Shown: piece by piece, positions 61,105-64,000 of the stretch
Layout of the letters: each line of letters starts with the position of its first letter
How positions within the stretch are numbered: the first letter of the stretch is position 1
Source of the DNA: a bacterium
GTDB taxonomy: Bacteria > UBA8248
Direction: 5' to 3'
NCBI GenBank assembly: GCA_965204535.1
Contig: OZ241996.1
Span: 192,001 to 256,000, forward strand
DNA length: 64,000 nt
The notes under the pieces: generated by a model
Seen by the model: only the letters and a program-made list of their open reading frames with translations
Databases searched by the model: none
Told to the model about the DNA's origin: nothing
Made by a program: the position numbers and the translations under genes

Positions 61105-63240
61105 CTAGCGAGGGTCTCGCTTCGTTTTGCCTGTTTTCTTGCGCGTCATCACGAGCCGGCCGAGTGAATCCACCTCCACGCGGAACGAAGGGGGGATGAG
61201 CACCGTGGAATCGGGTTGTTCGATAACCGCAGGGCCTGGAACCCGGTTTCCGCCTTTGAGGAGTTCGCGTTCATAGATGGGACAGTGGATAAAGTTTCCG
61301 GTTTCCTGAAAATGCACCTTCCGCTCGGATTTGAACGCCGCTTTTGGGCTTCGTGAGCCTGATGCGATTTTTTTCGGGCGAATCCGGTCCGTGAGACCGA
61401 TGGCCGAGACGCGAAGGTTCACGGCCTGAACCCTTTCCGCCTCATCGGAGTAGCTGTACTGGCGCAAGTGCGCGTCGTGAAACGCCCTTCGCGCCTTTCC
61501 GAGCCACCTGGTGTTCACCTTGCCTCCGGGCAGCGGCACGTTGATCTCGTAGTTTTGAAGCGGGTAGCGCAGATCGGCCGAGCGCGCGAGGGTGCGCTTT
61601 GTCCGGGGCGCCTTCTCGGCCTTGAGCCATTCGTCCGCCTCAGCTTCGAGGTCGGCCATGAGCGCGGCGATGGCTCCTGCGTTTTCCCCGTCGAGGCTCA
61701 GGCGGGTCGTGGCCGTGAAGTCCGCTCTCAAGTCCGCCCGGAGCAGGCCGAGTGCGGAGAATACGCCCGGCGCCTCGGGGATGACGATGCGTGGGACCCC
61801 GAGTTCGTTCGCCAGATCGGCCGCGTGCAGGGGACCCGCCCCGCCGAAACTGATGAGCGCAAAATTACGCGGGTCATAGCCTCTGGCGACCGAAACTACG
61901 CGGAGGGTGCGGACCATATGCGCGTTCACGACTTCGATGATTCCCGAAGCGGCTTGCATGGTAGACAGACCGAGCGGCCCGGCTATCTTCTCCTCAATGG
62001 CTTTTTCCGCAAATTCGAGGTTGAGGCGGGATTCTCCCCCGACGAAATAATCCGGATTCAGGCGGCCCAGTACGAGGTTGGCGTCCGTAACGGTGGGTTC
62101 CTCGCCCCCGCGCCCATAGCAGACCGGGCCGGGTTCGGAACCCGCGCTGTGAGGGCCGACTTTCAGAACGCCCACGCCGTCTACCGAAGCGATGGAGCCG
62201 CCGCCTGCGCCGCATTCGGTCAGGTCGATCACGGGCGTCTTGACGGGATATCCCGTGAAGCGCACCGCCAGGGACTGGTGCATGCCCATCCCGATCTCGT
62301 ATTCGGTGGTGGTCTTGTAGGCTCCTCCTTCTATGAGGCTCGCCTTGGCCGTGGTGCCGCCCATGTCGAACGAGATGATGTCGGCCTCTTCGATCTCCCT
62401 CGCGAGAACGGTGGCGGCGATGACGCCCGCCGCGGGACCCGATTCGATGAGCGTGTGGGGGCGCTCGCGCGCAGAAGCCGGCGACATCAGCCCGCCGGCG
62501 GAATTCATGATGAGGAGCTTCTCGGGGCGGTGGCCGAGCCGGGATACCTCCTCGTGCAGTTTTTCGGTGTAGCGCGCGAATATGGGCTTCAGGTAGCCGA
62601 CGAGTGAGGCCGTGCTGGTTCGTTCGAATTCGCGGAATTCGGGCGTGATGTCAGAAGAAGCAACGATATGACGGCCCGGGAGCGCGCGAATGAGATGTTC
62701 TTTCACCCGATGCTCGTGGGCGGGATTCACATGGGAGAAGAGCAGCGCGACCACCACAGACTCGGCGCCCGAGGCATCGAGCGCATGCGCGAGCCGGTCG
62801 AGTTCTGTTTTCGTCGGTTTGGTGACGACGTCTCCGTCCCATCCCAGCCGCTCGTTCACCTCGAAACAGAGCCGCCGGGGGATGAGGGGCCTGGCCTTTA
62901 CTTCCTGTAAGTTATACAGGCTCGGCCTGCGCTGGCGGGCGATCTCGAGGATGTCCCGGAACCCCTTGGTTGCGACCAGGGCGGTGCGCGCCCCTTTTGA
63001 TTCCAAAACGGTGTTGGTGGCCACGGTGGTGGCGTGGAGGATGCGCCCCACCTCTTCGGGGGATATGTTTTGCGTCGCCCTCAGGAGTCCGTTTACGAAA
63101 CAACCCTCCAGATTCACCGGCGTGGTGTCCACCTTATAGGAGGCAATGAGTCCCTCTTGCTCTCCCATGAGGACGACGTCGGTGAACGTGCCGCCGATGT
63201 CCACGCCAACGCGGTATTTTTCTTTCTTCCTGGGAACCAT
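61105..63240 (-). CDS. Hydantoinase/oxoprolinase subunit A (second copy)
   Basis: VGVDIGGTFTD, ESGPAAG, DMGGTT and FGGAGPLH. Confidence 0.93.
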   Translation of the reverse strand: MVPRKKEKYRVGVDIGGTFTDVVLMGEQEGLIASYKVDTTPVNLEGCFVNGLLRATQNISPEEVGRILHATTVATNTVLESKGARTALVATKGFRDILEIARQRRPSLYNLQEVKARPLIPRRLCFEVNERLGWDGDVVTKPTKTELDRLAHALDASGAESVVVALLFSHVNPAHEHRVKEHLIRALPGRHIVASSDITPEFREFERTSTASLVGYLKPIFARYTEKLHEEVSRLGHRPEKLLIMNSAGGLMSPASARERPHTLIESGPAAGVIAATVLAREIEEADIISFDMGGTTAKASLIEGGAYKTTTEYEIGMGMHQSLAVRFTGYPVKTPVIDLTECGAGGGSIASVDGVGVLKVGPHSAGSEPGPVCYGRGGEEPTVTDANLVLGRLNPDYFVGGESRLNLEFAEKAIEEKIAGPLGLSTMQAASGIIEVVNAHMVRTLRVVSVARGYDPRNFALISFGGAGPLHAADLANELGVPRIVIPEAPGVFSALGLLRADLRADFTATTRLSLDGENAGAIAALMADLEAEADEWLKAEKAPRTKRTLARSADLRYPLQNYEINVPLPGGKVNTRWLGKARRAFHDAHLRQYSYSDEAERVQAVNLRVSAIGLTDRIRPKKIASGSRSPKAAFKSERKVHFQETGNFIHCPIYERELLKGGNRVPGPAVIEQPDSTVLIPPSFRVEVDSLGRLVMTRKKTGKTKRDPR

Positions 63241-63241
63241 G

Positions 63242-64000
63242 CTAAAGGGCCTCCTTGCGTATCAGCGCTTCTTTCACCAGAGCCGCGGGGTAGGACGCCC
63301 TGGCGTATTCGAGCGTAATTTTCCCGTCCGCGAGGTCGGCCGCCAACTCTTCCGGGGAGTGCCCGGCCGGGTCGCCGTATCCGCCGGCTCCGGCCGACTG
63401 GCACCTGAGCACCTCTCCCTTTCTCACCTCGTGGGGGCCGCCCTTGCTCGGTAGTTTCGTTTCATTCGGCTCCCCGGGATTTTTCAGATGGACTCCGCGG
63501 GCCCCCTCTTTGCCGCCGTACAGAGGCCAGGGAGAAAAGTCGTGCCTGTCGGCGTGGGCGATGAAGCCCGTGTCGCTGAGCATCAGAAAGTCTTTTCTCG
63601 TGGCGAGTCCGCCCCGGCGGCGTCCCGCGCCGCCGCTGTCGGGAACGAGTTCGAAGCGCTCCACGCGGATGGGGTATTCACTCTCCAATATCTCGACGGG
63701 TAGGTTCGGTATGTTGTTCGTGTGAATCTGGACGGCGTCCATGCCGTTGCTGGTGTCGCGGCCGCCCATGCCGCCGCCGATGCCGTCGATGCAGATGAAC
63801 GGCCTGCCCCGGATGTCGTCGAAGCCGTGGATGTTGATGGAGGTGGTGCCGTGGCCGCAGGCGCAAACACGCTCGGGCGCCACCTTCGACATGACGCCGA
63901 TGAGCAGATCGGCCAGCCGCTGGCAGGTGGTGCCGCGTCCGCCCACCGGTGCGGGCGGGCTCGGGTTTACGACGCTCTCCTCGGGTGCTACGAGCCTCAC
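63242..64000 (-). CDS. Hydantoinase/oxoprolinase subunit B, C-terminal part (runs off the window)
   Basis: NLPVEILESEYP, DSGGAGRRRGG and GAGGYGDP. Confidence 0.9.
   Translation of the reverse strand: MRLVAPEESVVNPSPPAPVGGRGTTCQRLADLLIGVMSKVAPERVCACGHGTTSINIHGFDDIRGRPFICIDGIGGGMGGRDTSNGMDAVQIHTNNIPNLPVEILESEYPIRVERFELVPDSGGAGRRRGGLATRKDFLMLSDTGFIAHADRHDFSPWPLYGGKEGARGVHLKNPGEPNETKLPSKGGPHEVRKGEVLRCQSAGAGGYGDPAGHSPEELAADLADGKITLEYARASYPAALVKEALIRKEAL

Overview
This GC-rich bacterial window falls into two halves. Bases 1 to about 29.5 kb are an accessory island. It holds the leading region of a decayed conjugative or integrative element (Zn-ribbon protein, ssb, DUF4326, DUF2493/SLOG, a Frpo-like stem-loop and an RHH gene) and an intact IS256. 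It also holds a complete type II-C CRISPR-Cas9 locus in the unusual order cas1-cas2-tracrRNA-cas9-array (23 repeats, 22 spacers). A defence-like cluster follows (TacAT-type TA pair, ART-like protein, tyrosinase, Lit protease, DprA+PRTase), then a large autotransporter-like adhesin with a heptamer VNTR leader, and kinase and integrase remnants. From about 29.7 kb on are housekeeping genes (groESL with CIRCE, TonB-like, MntR, gpsA) and a catabolic cluster (CoA transferase, hydrolases, Dpp-type ABC genes, LLM oxidoreductase, hydantoinase/oxoprolinase pairs). A nested mobile element interrupts this half: an IS66-type element carrying a DUF4338 (Mom/DruA-like) gene sits inside a degenerate IS1111, which itself sits in a dispersed intergenic repeat. 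Three observations stand out. Three of the oldest CRISPR spacers align with each other and look like sigma70 promoters whose -35 box would fall in the PAM position. The IS66+DUF4338 element is a clean two-gene unit with perfect ends. An unexplained family of intergenic repeats is targeted by IS1111. All calls come from reading the sequence by eye, with no database searches.
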